64,000 bases of DNA from a virus. Its lineage: Duplodnaviria > Caudoviricetes. The stretch spans positions 531-64,530 of IMG/VR virus record IMGVR_UViG_3300014720_000033; one strand, given 5' to 3'. A model generated the notes under the pieces. That model searched no databases and was not told where the DNA came from. It saw nothing but the letters and a program-made list of their open reading frames with translations. Both the position numbers and the translations under genes were made by a program. Positions 38,739-48,385 of the stretch are shown piece by piece (the stretch's first letter is position 1; every line of letters starts with the position of its first letter).

Positions 38739-39419
38739 ATGTTCACACGCGTCTCTCTCAGCGGTTGCGGTTGGAAGGTGTTCTGGTACTTCGGAGTCCT
38801 CCAGCGCCTTTCCGAGAACGGCTTGATCGACCTGAACACGACAGAGTACATCACGGCGTCAGCCGGGGGTGGCGCAGCAATATTCCTGTTAACTCGGGGT
38901 GATGCCTATGAGGCGTTTTTAGAGGCATTAAACGCGGCCGCCGCAGCGCGGTCCGTGAAGAAGCGGGAGGTGGTGGAGAGGTCGACGGCCTACATCTACG
39001 ACGCCACCCCGAAGGACATCCACACGACCGGTCGACTCACCATCTGCTACACCAAAGTCTCCCTCTTTCCCTTCAAGATGAGCTACGTGATGCAGGACGA
39101 ATTCGCATCGAAGGGTGACATGTTCGAGGCGCTGAAGTCGTCCGTCTCCATCCCTTTCATGAACGACATGGTCCGCCTCAAGAACAGGATCCTGCACCTC
39201 GACGCCGGTGTCCTCTGCAACCAACCGTCGAAACACCACGAGACGTTGCGAATCTCAGCGTGGCCCCTGTCCTTCGGTTCCGACATCCGCCCATCCCACC
39301 TGTCGCTCTTCGACAAGTACACGATCGAGATACCTTCCACCGCTGTTGCGATGGAGATGTACGAGGAGGGCTTGAAGGACGGAGAGAAGTTTTCGCTCAG
39401 GTACAGAACCAGTCGTTAG
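38739..39419 (+). CDS. Patatin-like phospholipase/lipase
   Basis: Gly-rich SLSGCGW..FWYFGV, nucleophile elbow TASAGG, SVSIP, catalytic Asp motif LDAG. Confidence 0.75.
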   Translation: MFTRVSLSGCGWKVFWYFGVLQRLSENGLIDLNTTEYITASAGGGAAIFLLTRGDAYEAFLEALNAAAAARSVKKREVVERSTAYIYDATPKDIHTTGRLTICYTKVSLFPFKMSYVMQDEFASKGDMFEALKSSVSIPFMNDMVRLKNRILHLDAGVLCNQPSKHHETLRISAWPLSFGSDIRPSHLSLFDKYTIEIPSTAVAMEMYEEGLKDGEKFSLRYRTSR

Positions 39420-39697
39420 AAGAGTCGACGCGAAGAGTTCTGCGCTTGTATTACATTCCAGGCATCTATGGCACTCTGCGTCCACACTAGATCTGCGTAA
39501 TTTCTGACGCCGTGAGACTCTGCACCGGACCAATCTCCGGGATTTAGGGAGACTCTGTGGAAACCTGCATTGTCCTGAACGAGAATCTCACCCTCAGAGG
39601 AGACAACCCACTGTTGTATGCGAGTCCTCACTCCAATCGTCTTGGTATTCTCGTCTATCTCTACCTTGTCTATGACGTGTCTTGTCTCTATGTTCAT
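39416..39697 (-). CDS. Small fibre-associated/chaperone-like protein
   Basis: IDKVEI...VRT...FHRVSLNPGD...VWTQSAIDAW pattern typical of genes following phage fibre genes. Confidence 0.6.
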   Translation of the reverse strand: MNIETRHVIDKVEIDENTKTIGVRTRIQQWVVSSEGEILVQDNAGFHRVSLNPGDWSGAESHGVRNYADLVWTQSAIDAWNVIQAQNSSRRLF

Positions 39698-39703
39698 TTT
39701 CCC

Positions 39704-41134
39704 TCACTGATTTGTGAAATATGTCAAGTGTCCCGATATGAGTGTGCCCGCAACTATGAAAGAAGCAGGACTGGTTATAGGTGCACCAGAAGTAGTCTCA
39801 TAAATGTCGAACGTCAAAGAATTGCTCGTCGCATTGGTCCAGACCATGCCATGTGAGAAGTCGTCAGAAAGACCGCCGGTGTTGTTCAATAGATAGCATT
39901 CTACCCACCCGTTTGTGTATGTCACGTCCACTTGAAAGGGTAGTCCCGTTATAGTCAATGTGGTCCTCGTTCCGGAGACTGCGGAAGCCTCGACGAAGAA
40001 TTTTACGTGGACCACTCTTCCTATCTTGGTGTAATATCCGGAACGTGTAGAAGTGATCGTGCCGCCGCCGCCGACAGTCGTGCCTGGTGTCCACGACCCT
40101 TCCTCATAGTCATCTAGGATTTCTTGACCAAGCGTTCCTGAGGGAGCATTTGCTGTGGAGCTGAAATCTATCCCTTTTCCCGCCGTTCCTATGACGATGT
40201 TGCCGTTGTCGACTGTGACGTCACCGCTGCCTGAGACGTGAAAGATTCCTGTGCCGTCACTCTTGAGTACTTGAAAGACTTTTGTTCCTCCGACTTGGTT
40301 CGTAGTTCCTGCTTGAACAATGAGTGCAGGCTGTGAAGTAGAAGACGATCCTGTGACGAAGAGTCTCGCGGAAGGAGATGTGAGACCGACGCCTACGCTT
40401 CCCGTAGAGTCGATCCTGAGTCGCTCTGTGAGAACTGAGTCGCCGTTAGCACGTGTTCCGAAGGAGAGGTATGTTCCATAGTTGCCGCTTGTACCGTTCT
40501 CCTCGGCGCCTTTTATCAGAGCAGCTCCTCTCAAAGAGGTGCCGTCGTACATCTGAAAGTTTAACTGACCACCATTGTCTATTGCTGAAGAAGCTGAATC
40601 AGACGACAGTAAGAGGTGACCTCCGAATGTGGTCGTTGATGTGGCTCCGAACACTGAAAGCTTGTTAGCTGTCACAGTGTTTGTCGTTCCAATTCCGACG
40701 AATCCGCTGCCGCTTACGACAAAGAGACTGGTTCCTGACGAGTTTTGCACGTCGAGGACATCTGCGCCTCCTGTGGGAGAAGTCACACCCTCACGAACGA
40801 CGAGAGTGGAGTTTGAAGGTGTAGACGATCCTGAGACGAGAAGTCTAGTCGAAGTCGTCGTGGATCCTATGCCGACGTTACCGCTGAAGAGCGACCCTGC
40901 TCTCACCTGTAGAGAGTCTTGATTGACGTCGTCTCCAAAAAACATCGAACCCGACACGACCAGACTTCCAGACACCAAGAGAGTGCCACCGAAGACTGAT
41001 CGTGACGAGTCCGATCCCGATACGAAGAATACTGTGTCGGAGTTGGACTGCTGTGTGTTTGCGAACGCGATGCTTCCAGATATTCCAATGGGTGTGTTGT
41101 TATAACTGGATATGTTGCTCGTTATTATTGGCAC
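39704..41134 (-). CDS. Tail fibre/receptor-binding protein
   Basis: GNVGIG repeats, ERLRIDSTG, GKGIDFS...LDDYEEGSWTP...YTKIGRVVH tip domain. Confidence 0.8.
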   Translation of the reverse strand: MPIITSNISSYNNTPIGISGSIAFANTQQSNSDTVFFVSGSDSSRSVFGGTLLVSGSLVVSGSMFFGDDVNQDSLQVRAGSLFSGNVGIGSTTTSTRLLVSGSSTPSNSTLVVREGVTSPTGGADVLDVQNSSGTSLFVVSGSGFVGIGTTNTVTANKLSVFGATSTTTFGGHLLLSSDSASSAIDNGGQLNFQMYDGTSLRGAALIKGAEENGTSGNYGTYLSFGTRANGDSVLTERLRIDSTGSVGVGLTSPSARLFVTGSSSTSQPALIVQAGTTNQVGGTKVFQVLKSDGTGIFHVSGSGDVTVDNGNIVIGTAGKGIDFSSTANAPSGTLGQEILDDYEEGSWTPGTTVGGGGTITSTRSGYYTKIGRVVHVKFFVEASAVSGTRTTLTITGLPFQVDVTYTNGWVECYLLNNTGGLSDDFSHGMVWTNATSNSLTFDIYETTSGAPITSPASFIVAGTLISGHLTYFTNQ

Positions 41135-41163
41135 AGCAGTCCACTCTCCTCAGCGTATAAGTA

Positions 41164-42630
41164 TCAGCCCTTTGGTCCGGATGAGAAGTTTCCGAGCTCT
41201 TCGTCAAGCTCGGGGACTGCCTCGAGCATGAACTTGTAGCGCTTGCCTGTGGCGTTGAAGCGGATCGTCAGGAAGTCCGGTTCCTCAATGAGGGTATAGT
41301 CGCCGCGTTCGTTCTTGAGATGCAAGTCACCGGTGTAGATGTTTGCCCAACGGCGTGCTGAAGATCCAAGGTCGTAAGTAACGTCAGCGGAAGGCAGGAA
41401 GTTCGATGCAGAACGTGCCGTGAAGGTGACAGTGTCGGAGATGTCATTACCAAGAGTGGTGTTGCCGTTGAGAGTGGTGTCGCCGCCGACCGTAAGTGCT
41501 CCTGCAATTGATCCGCTTCCTGCAAGAGTTGTTGTGACGGCTGCACCTGCGAAGGTCGTGGTACCGTTCACCGTGACTGTGTCAGCTGACGCATCGCCGA
41601 CAGTGACGGCGCCGTTGAGTGTCGTTGATCCGGCGACTGTAAGAGTTCCTGCGATCGATCCGCTTCCCGCGAGTGTCGTTGTGACAGCTGCACCTGCGAA
41701 AGTTGTGGTACCGTTCACTGTTACAGTGTCTCCAGATGCATCACCGAGCGTGACGTTTCCATCAACAGTAAGTGCATTGTTGACCGAAGTTGTTCCTGTT
41801 GCCGCACCGATCTCAACTGTCGTCGCTGCGCCACCGATATTGAGAGTGGTCGCTGTTGTGTTGAAGAGGTTCTGAGTCGTGAGGTTGCCGACGAGAGTTC
41901 CACCTCTGATGGTCGTTGTGGCCGATGTGACATCGCCCATGGTGATGGCAGTGGCAGCTCCGCCGACGTTGAGTGTGGTCGCTGTGGTGTTGACGAGATT
42001 GAAGGTCGTCTGAGTCGTTGTGACGCTTCCGCCGTTTGCTCTCACTTCATCAGTTGCCACAACGCGGTAGAAAGAACCTGTGACACCTGTGAGTGTGTTG
42101 GACGTCGAGTTGTACGTGAGATCGGCGTCACCAGCAAAAGCTCCGTCGTTGTTGAACTGAACTTGAGTGTCGGAACCGCCAGGTGTTCCACCTGCAGATG
42201 CAGCGATTGTGACCTCACCGAGAGATCCTGTGGTGAGCGTGATGTTGCTGCCTGCACGGAGGAAGTCGCCGCCGTCGCCAGCAAGCTTCGTGATCGAGCC
42301 TGTGATCGACGTGGCCGTGAGTCCACCTGTTGCTGTGAACGCGCCGACCGACTGAAGTGTGCCTTGAACGACCGTGTTGCCTGTGGCAGACGCGACCGTG
42401 AAGGAGTTTCCGCCTGAAGCGTTCTTGACTGTGAGGCTGCCTGAGCTGACGAGACCGCCGCCGAAGAGAGCCATGTCAGAGGCAGCCGAGCCGCTGACGA
42501 AGAACGAGACGTCGGTTCCGGGCAATGCCGGGAACAACGCAGACGACCTGTTGGCGATGATTACTGATCCAGAAACGCCGATGACTGAATTAGACTGGCT
42601 ACTGCCAGATATGTGTCCTACTAATGCCAT
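41164..42630 (-). CDS. Tail fibre-like protein with 49-aa internal repeat
   Basis: Thr/Gly-rich; repeat DTVTVNGTTTFAGAAVTTTLAGSGSIAG at a 147-nt period; C-terminal RRWANIYTGDLHLKNE domain. Confidence 0.8.
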   Translation of the reverse strand: MALVGHISGSSQSNSVIGVSGSVIIANRSSALFPALPGTDVSFFVSGSAASDMALFGGGLVSSGSLTVKNASGGNSFTVASATGNTVVQGTLQSVGAFTATGGLTATSITGSITKLAGDGGDFLRAGSNITLTTGSLGEVTIAASAGGTPGGSDTQVQFNNDGAFAGDADLTYNSTSNTLTGVTGSFYRVVATDEVRANGGSVTTTQTTFNLVNTTATTLNVGGAATAITMGDVTSATTTIRGGTLVGNLTTQNLFNTTATTLNIGGAATTVEIGAATGTTSVNNALTVDGNVTLGDASGDTVTVNGTTTFAGAAVTTTLAGSGSIAGTLTVAGSTTLNGAVTVGDASADTVTVNGTTTFAGAAVTTTLAGSGSIAGALTVGGDTTLNGNTTLGNDISDTVTFTARSASNFLPSADVTYDLGSSARRWANIYTGDLHLKNERGDYTLIEEPDFLTIRFNATGKRYKFMLEAVPELDEELGNFSSGPKG

Positions 42631-42723
42631 GATTCATACTCCCGGGATTGTTGTGAAGGGAAGAGCTACTTCCCGTCCTTAAGTATGGTGATCACGTGGA
42701 ATTGTCCAATAATCGCTTGTGAT

Positions 42724-44085
42724 TTAAGCGTTAGGCTTGGGTCCCGTGGAGAAGTTTCCGAGGGGTTCGTCGAGCTCGGGCATCGGCGTCATGTTGATCT
42801 TGTAACGCTTCCCCGTCTTGTTGTTGCGAACGGTGAGGCAGTCGTCCTCCTCGATGATGGTCCAGTTTCCTCTCTCGTTTTGGAGGTGCAAGTCTCCGGT
42901 GAAGATGTTGGCCCAGCGTCTCGTGGAGGAGCCGAGGTTGTAGGCAACGTCTTGACCGGGAAGGATCGAACCTGTGACGGACATCGATCCGTTAACGGCA
43001 AGTTTGTCGCCCGTCGCAGTCGTGCCGATTCCCACCCTCGAGCCGGATATCACGAGGTCAGAGGAATTAAATCCTCCGAGGACGAGAGTGTTGTCAGAAA
43101 AAACTTCGAAAATTGGGAGGCCAGAAACATTGTTCACGGAGAACAACGATCCAGACATGTCATCTGTGACGAGGAGGACGGATCCGGAGACACCGACCAC
43201 GTCGAGGCGACCTCCAGGAGTCGTGGCTCCGATGCCGACCTGCGATCCTGTGACCGTCAAGGCGTTGAGAGCGTAGCCTCCGGCGACGACTCTATTGTCG
43301 GAGAACACCTCAAAGAGCGGCAGGCCCGACACGTTGTTGACGGAGAAGAGAGACCCCGACATGTCATCGTTGATGAGAAAGAGTGATCCTGAGACGCCGG
43401 TGACGTCGAGTCGACCAGCAGGTTGCGTGGCTCCGATCCCGACTGAGCCGGAGAAGTAGGAGTTGCCGCTGCCGCTCACCCAGAAGAGACTGGATCCGCT
43501 GCTCCTCTGAACATCTAGGACTTCTGCACCGCCGAGGGCATTCGCCACGCCCTCCCTAAAGATGACCGTGGAGTTGGCAGCTGCAGTTCCACCGGAAACG
43601 AATAGCGTCGCCGAGAAGACTGAAGTACCAATTCCTACCGAGCCGGAGAAGAACGACGTGCCGCTGCCGCTCACCCAGAACGTGGAGGCGCCCAACCTGT
43701 TCTGTACGTCTAGGGAGGCAGCTCCGGGAGTGACCGCTCCTTGCCTCACTGTCAACACGGGAATGGTAGTCGTAGAAGAACCAGACAACGTGAGCGTGGA
43801 GGTGAGTGAGGAAGTGCCTATTCCGAGACGCGTCGCAGAGTTGTCCCAGAAGAAGTTATTGGTCCCGCTGAGGACACCTCCGGTGCCTGCGACGATGACC
43901 TGACCCGCAGTGACGTTGCTTCCCGTGAACGAACCGCTGAGGTTGACGGCGTAGACGTTTCCCCACCGCTTGAGGGACGATCCGAAGTCGTAGAGCAGGT
44001 CGGACCCGGGCACTACGGATCCGGTCACGACCGCCGATCCCGTTATCACGGTCGAGCCGACTAAATTCGGTGAGTCTATTCTCAT
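42724..44085 (-). CDS. Tail fibre-like protein
   Basis: VGIG repeats, duplicated DDMSGSLFSVNNVSGLP.FEVFSDN, C-terminal RRWANIFTGDLHLQNE domain. Confidence 0.8.
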   Translation of the reverse strand: MRIDSPNLVGSTVITGSAVVTGSVVPGSDLLYDFGSSLKRWGNVYAVNLSGSFTGSNVTAGQVIVAGTGGVLSGTNNFFWDNSATRLGIGTSSLTSTLTLSGSSTTTIPVLTVRQGAVTPGAASLDVQNRLGASTFWVSGSGTSFFSGSVGIGTSVFSATLFVSGGTAAANSTVIFREGVANALGGAEVLDVQRSSGSSLFWVSGSGNSYFSGSVGIGATQPAGRLDVTGVSGSLFLINDDMSGSLFSVNNVSGLPLFEVFSDNRVVAGGYALNALTVTGSQVGIGATTPGGRLDVVGVSGSVLLVTDDMSGSLFSVNNVSGLPIFEVFSDNTLVLGGFNSSDLVISGSRVGIGTTATGDKLAVNGSMSVTGSILPGQDVAYNLGSSTRRWANIFTGDLHLQNERGNWTIIEEDDCLTVRNNKTGKRYKINMTPMPELDEPLGNFSTGPKPNA

Positions 44086-44213
44086 TTCTAACTTTCGTTA
44101 ATGTACAACTCGTTAGAAAGGAATAAAACGGATTGCTTCACATGAGAGATAATTGTATTCCTGGGTGTACACTTGCGCATTAGTTCCCGTAAATATACGG
44201 AGTGCGAAATATG

Positions 44214-44456
44214 TCACAGAGAAAGAGAGGTGACAATCGACTTCAGCGTGTCGACGTCCTCCGCTGCGTCTATCTCGTCCTGAATGGTTGCGTACTTCTC
44301 CCTGATTGCGGCTCTAGCCGCCTCCGCGGTCGCCTCCGCGGTTCCCGGTATCCGCTTTGAGATGATCTCGTCGTGGGGTGCGAACTCAGCGGCCCTCGCC
44401 GCGCGGCGTTTGTCGTGTGCGATGTCCTTGGCCTTGTTGATGTTTACCTTTATCAT
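44214..44456 (-). CDS. Small fibre-associated protein
   Basis: 80 aa; KAKDIAHDKRRAAR motif; GAGG upstream. Confidence 0.6.
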   Translation of the reverse strand: MIKVNINKAKDIAHDKRRAARAAEFAPHDEIISKRIPGTAEATAEAARAAIREKYATIQDEIDAAEDVDTLKSIVTSLSL

Positions 44457-44463
44457 TGTGTCC

Positions 44464-44706
44464 TCAGAATGAATTTGACTCCGACCCGACGCCGTCGGTG
44501 AGGTCGGCAGGATCGACCTCCCATGCGGAGCGAAAGGTGCGATCGGATGGGATGTCGGAGGCGTCCACGATCTTGAAGGGTTTTCCTGCAGGCACGTCCT
44601 TGAGGGCGATCGCCTCGAGACTGTAGAGTGAAAGCGCCTCTGGAGTCGGAACTACGACGGCTACGCCGCCCTCGTCTGTCTGGTAGATTATTCTTGGATT
44701 TGTCAT
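44464..44706 (-). CDS. Small fibre-associated protein
   Basis: 80 aa; IIY..DEGGVAVVVP...KDVPAGKPFKIVD...PSDRTFRSAW. Confidence 0.6.
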   Translation of the reverse strand: MTNPRIIYQTDEGGVAVVVPTPEALSLYSLEAIALKDVPAGKPFKIVDASDIPSDRTFRSAWEVDPADLTDGVGSESNSF

Positions 44707-44716
44707 GTTGATTTAC

Positions 44717-46696
44717 TCACCTGAATATAGTAAAGAAACAAAACCTTGAGTCCCTCATTGCGGAGTTGTTCCCTAAGAAATTTACGCGAACAGAAGAATT
44801 AGACGGTGAAGATGTTGTAACATCACCGTCAATGACTGCCCAGTCTACTGATAACCCCGCATCATGTTCACTGGTGCCCATGACAACAAAATTAGAGTCT
44901 TGCATGGGCAATGTAAAATTAAGCGTGTAGGACCCAACCCCGTTGTCTGTGATGCTTGAAATATTGGCACTTGCTCTTATTGCAACCGTTCCCGTGCCGT
45001 TGAAGTTAACCCACGCGCGTGCACCGTAGTAGGGGGCAGAACCTACAGTCTGTGTGATCCCGAGGGCAGAAGTGAATCCTGTGACTTTTGTGATCTCGAC
45101 TTGAATTTTATCATAAACAGTAACAGTTACACCGCTGTACGCCTGTCTTAGTTCATATGTTGTGGAAGAAGAAATTGTTACATAAGCTAGAGCAGATGTT
45201 GTGGATGCCAAAAATGCTGCTGCATCTTCTGCGTATGCAGCAACACCTATATAAGCAGAATTTGTGACATCATACCACTGATAACCGCTGTAATTTTGAA
45301 CAGAGTCTACAAGGCCCACAATACCCTGCAATCTATAAGTTCCTGGTCCGCTTATTGTAAATCGAGAGTTTGTAGGTCTTGTTATATCGCTACCAAGAGA
45401 ATAGAGGGTGGTCTGTACATTGAGTGGAGTGTCTTGAACAACAGAAGATTGTATCGCATTATTGACACCGACATAAACTGCTGCCTGCAAGAGTCCCGCA
45501 CCCGTGACTCCTGAGGTTGGACCTCCGACCGCAATGAACCCCGATGTCGGGATCGCGAAGGTGATGTTGGCCTGGGTCGGGGTGGTCGCCGTGGCAGTCA
45601 TCGGAATGATCTTGCTATACGAAGTATCAAATACCTCGATGTCGTAGATCGTTGTGCCCATCGCGTGGTTCACGAGGACCGAGGTGGCGTTCGTGAATGA
45701 GGCCGTGGTGTAGGTCGAGGTCCCGAGAGACATCGTGATGGACCCGTTGGATCCCGTGGTGACCACGACTCCGCCGCTGCCAACGATGTAGTTGGATCCA
45801 TCGTTCAGTTTCGTGAGGGAGCCGCTGAATCCTGTGGAGGCGACCACATAAGTTCCTGTGAGGGCGCCCGTCGTCTTGTTGTAGGTGAGTCCACTATTTC
45901 CGGCAAATGAATTGTTGTCGTTGAACTGAACCTGTGTGTTGGATCCACCGATGAGACTGCTGCCTGCAACAGTCGAAGTGATTGTGACAGCTCCTGAAGA
46001 ACCAGTGGAGAGCTGGATGCCGCTGCCGCCGATGAGGTAGTCTCCGCCTGTCGAGAGTTTGGTGAGAGAACCCGAGAGGTTGGTGACTGTGAGAGTGTCG
46101 GTGGTCTTGTTGAAGGTGAAGTTGGCATCTCCGCCGAGCACGCCGCCGTCATTGAACTGGACGTTCGTGTTCGCTCCACCAAGTGTGACCTGCGAAGATC
46201 CTGTGATGAGTATGGAGCCGTTGGACTGAGTGACGATGTATATGCCACTGCCGGCCTGCAGGTAGTTGGTCGTGCCATCGCTCAACTTCGTGAGAGATCC
46301 ACTGAGTCCTGTCGCGACGAGGACAGAGGACGTGAGAGCGCCTGTGACCTTATTGAACGTCAGGAGGTTGCTTGACCCGAAACTGCCGCCGTCGTTGAAC
46401 TGCACCTGGGTGTTGAGGCCAGAGACGAAGCTGCTTCCAGCGACTGATGACGCGATGGTGACCGCACCGGATGATCCCGTGGAGAGCTGGATGCCGGTGC
46501 CCGCGACGAGGTAGTCTCCGCCGCCTGCCAACTTCGTGAGAGACCCCGAGAGTGCCGTGGAATAGATGGTCCTCCACGACTTGGAGACCGACCCGAGGTC
46601 GTAGGACGAGTTGTCTCCGGGCACCGTCGTGCCGGTTATCTCGAAGGATCCCGAGACGATTGTGTTTGCTACGAGGGTTGCGGAGTCAAATCTCAT
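44717..46696 (-). CDS. Tail fibre protein
   Basis: Four SGSLTKL..G.DYL repeats, TQVQFND repeats, C-terminal ARAWVNFNG...NISSITDNGVGSYTLNF domain. Confidence 0.8.
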   Translation of the reverse strand: MRFDSATLVANTIVSGSFEITGTTVPGDNSSYDLGSVSKSWRTIYSTALSGSLTKLAGGGDYLVAGTGIQLSTGSSGAVTIASSVAGSSFVSGLNTQVQFNDGGSFGSSNLLTFNKVTGALTSSVLVATGLSGSLTKLSDGTTNYLQAGSGIYIVTQSNGSILITGSSQVTLGGANTNVQFNDGGVLGGDANFTFNKTTDTLTVTNLSGSLTKLSTGGDYLIGGSGIQLSTGSSGAVTITSTVAGSSLIGGSNTQVQFNDNNSFAGNSGLTYNKTTGALTGTYVVASTGFSGSLTKLNDGSNYIVGSGGVVVTTGSNGSITMSLGTSTYTTASFTNATSVLVNHAMGTTIYDIEVFDTSYSKIIPMTATATTPTQANITFAIPTSGFIAVGGPTSGVTGAGLLQAAVYVGVNNAIQSSVVQDTPLNVQTTLYSLGSDITRPTNSRFTISGPGTYRLQGIVGLVDSVQNYSGYQWYDVTNSAYIGVAAYAEDAAAFLASTTSALAYVTISSSTTYELRQAYSGVTVTVYDKIQVEITKVTGFTSALGITQTVGSAPYYGARAWVNFNGTGTVAIRASANISSITDNGVGSYTLNFTLPMQDSNFVVMGTSEHDAGLSVDWAVIDGDVTTSSPSNSSVRVNFLGNNSAMRDSRFCFFTIFR

Positions 46697-46720
46697 TTTA
46701 TTCGTTCATCAGTAACTGTG

Positions 46721-47029
46721 TCAACTTTTTGGGAATTTATCTTTGATGGCTTGGATCTTGGCGGCCATCTCTGGTGGGAACGCGCCTGCGTGAAAGAGTG
46801 CGTCGAGTTGATCTCCGATGGACGGATATTCTCTTGCTCGGAGGCGCTGGTATTCTGTATCGATCGCTTGGGCCTCGAGTCGTTGAATCTCCAGGCGAAT
46901 TTCTTCTCTCGTAGGCATGGTCTGGGTCTTGTCGAGCCACTGTATGCCCTCGTATTCATCTCCTCGAGCTGTCCATTCGGCCTTTGGTCGAAGACTAGAT
47001 AGCGCAGCATGTATTGTGATCTTGTTCAT
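46721..47029 (-). CDS. Fibre-tip partner/chaperone (XkdW-like), cassette 3
   Basis: ALSSLRPKAEW, YQRLRAREYPSIGDQLDAL, IKDKFPK. Confidence 0.7.
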   Translation of the reverse strand: MNKITIHAALSSLRPKAEWTARGDEYEGIQWLDKTQTMPTREEIRLEIQRLEAQAIDTEYQRLRAREYPSIGDQLDALFHAGAFPPEMAAKIQAIKDKFPKS

Positions 47030-47550
47030 TGTGCTATCTCCATGAGTAGAAATCCGGAGAACAGTCCTCCGGAATAAGCACCCGGAGCAGTTCCCACACC
47101 AAATCCATCAGTCCCAGAACCGTCATACGCAGTTATCTGCGTCTTGTATGTCAACAAAGACGTAGAAGCAGGAGAATCATAAAACATCAAGGTAAATTGC
47201 GTCCTGAGGGAACCACCATCGAAGTTACCTTGTGTTTGAGAGTTGGCCTCCCAGTGCATGTACGCCGCCCCTCCTGTCTGTCCTGCGGTGAGAACAGTAG
47301 AATCTCTCATGAACCTTATACCTCCTGCTCCGGAGGCGCCGTAGTTGGCTATCATGAGAATCCTGCTGGTGTTGTAGTAAGGTGTTATAGTCAGTGACTC
47401 GATGTCCGAGTACGCCGTGATGCTCGTCGTTATCACAGAAGTATTGAGAGCACTGTATCTTACTTGTAAGACTGCGTTGCGGTTCACACCCGCAGTACTC
47501 TTCCAGACATTATAGTTTATTGTACCTGTTCCTTCTATGGTTACTGGCAT
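47026..47550 (-). CDS. Stand-alone fibre-tip domain protein, cassette 3; start corrected to MPVTIEG
   Basis: AVLQV, ITP....SRIL, DSPASTS..TYK, LMEIAQ. Confidence 0.7.
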   Translation of the reverse strand: MPVTIEGTGTINYNVWKSTAGVNRNAVLQVRYSALNTSVITTSITAYSDIESLTITPYYNTSRILMIANYGASGAGGIRFMRDSTVLTAGQTGGAAYMHWEANSQTQGNFDGGSLRTQFTLMFYDSPASTSLLTYKTQITAYDGSGTDGFGVGTAPGAYSGGLFSGFLLMEIAQ

Positions 47551-47552
47551 CG

Positions 47553-47855
47553 TTACTCCGGCTTCGGGTACTTCGCCTTCACCGCGAGGCACGCCGCTAT
47601 GTACCTATCTATCTGTTCTTGATCGCCCTTGACCACGGCATCGAGGTAATCCTCCACGGGTGGGTACTCTCGCGCGCGAAGCTCTCTGTAGGCGGTGCGG
47701 GATGCTTCATCCCTGAGGCGGGCAACCTCTGCGAGAACCTCTGCCTTGGTGGGGAGGCTCTGCGCTCCATCCAACCACTGGATTCCCTCGTACTCATCTC
47801 CTGCCATCGCCCACTGGGCTCCCGGGCGGAGGCTCATTAGTGCTTTATCTATCAT
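47553..47855 (-). CDS. Fibre-tip partner/chaperone, cassette 2
   Basis: ALMSLRPGAQW, YRELRAREYP, CLAVKAKYPK. Confidence 0.7.
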   Translation of the reverse strand: MIDKALMSLRPGAQWAMAGDEYEGIQWLDGAQSLPTKAEVLAEVARLRDEASRTAYRELRAREYPPVEDYLDAVVKGDQEQIDRYIAACLAVKAKYPKPE

Positions 47856-48385
47856 TGTGCTATCTCCATAACTGTGATCGTTGAAGCTCCGCGGGCACCG
47901 AACACGTTATCTCCATCCGTTTCTGTTCTGTTGATGTGAGCGGAGTATGATGCGTTCTCCGTTCCCAGGAACATCTGGTAAGTAACCTGAGATACCGTTG
48001 CGGGAGAATCGAGGTAGGAAAAGGGAGCAGATTGGCCCACTGATGCAGAATCGAAATACGCCTTTGCTATAACGCCAGGCCTGCTGCCCACAGCTGTTCC
48101 TCCACCAATCTCTGTGGTTGTTGCTGATATCGTTCTCTTCAGCTTGAAGTAACTCTGCGTGTATATGCTGTTTCCCGTTACCATGTGCCCGAACACGAGG
48201 ATCTTGCTCGTTGCGTACTTCGGTGTGATGTTCACCGAGAGCCCCGTGATCGCAGATCCACCCGATGAGATGAGGGTGGTGGTTGAGAACGTGTTCGTTA
48301 GAGTTGTTGATTGCACCTGCAGAACTGTACCGTAGTTCACACCCGCAGTGTTCTGCCACACGTCAAATTTCGCGTAACTAGGCAT
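47852..48385 (-). CDS. Stand-alone fibre-tip domain protein, cassette 2
   Basis: TVLQVQS, ITPKYATSKILV, LDSPAT...TY, VMEIAQ. Confidence 0.7.
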   Translation of the reverse strand: MPSYAKFDVWQNTAGVNYGTVLQVQSTTLTNTFSTTTLISSGGSAITGLSVNITPKYATSKILVFGHMVTGNSIYTQSYFKLKRTISATTTEIGGGTAVGSRPGVIAKAYFDSASVGQSAPFSYLDSPATVSQVTYQMFLGTENASYSAHINRTETDGDNVFGARGASTITVMEIAQ

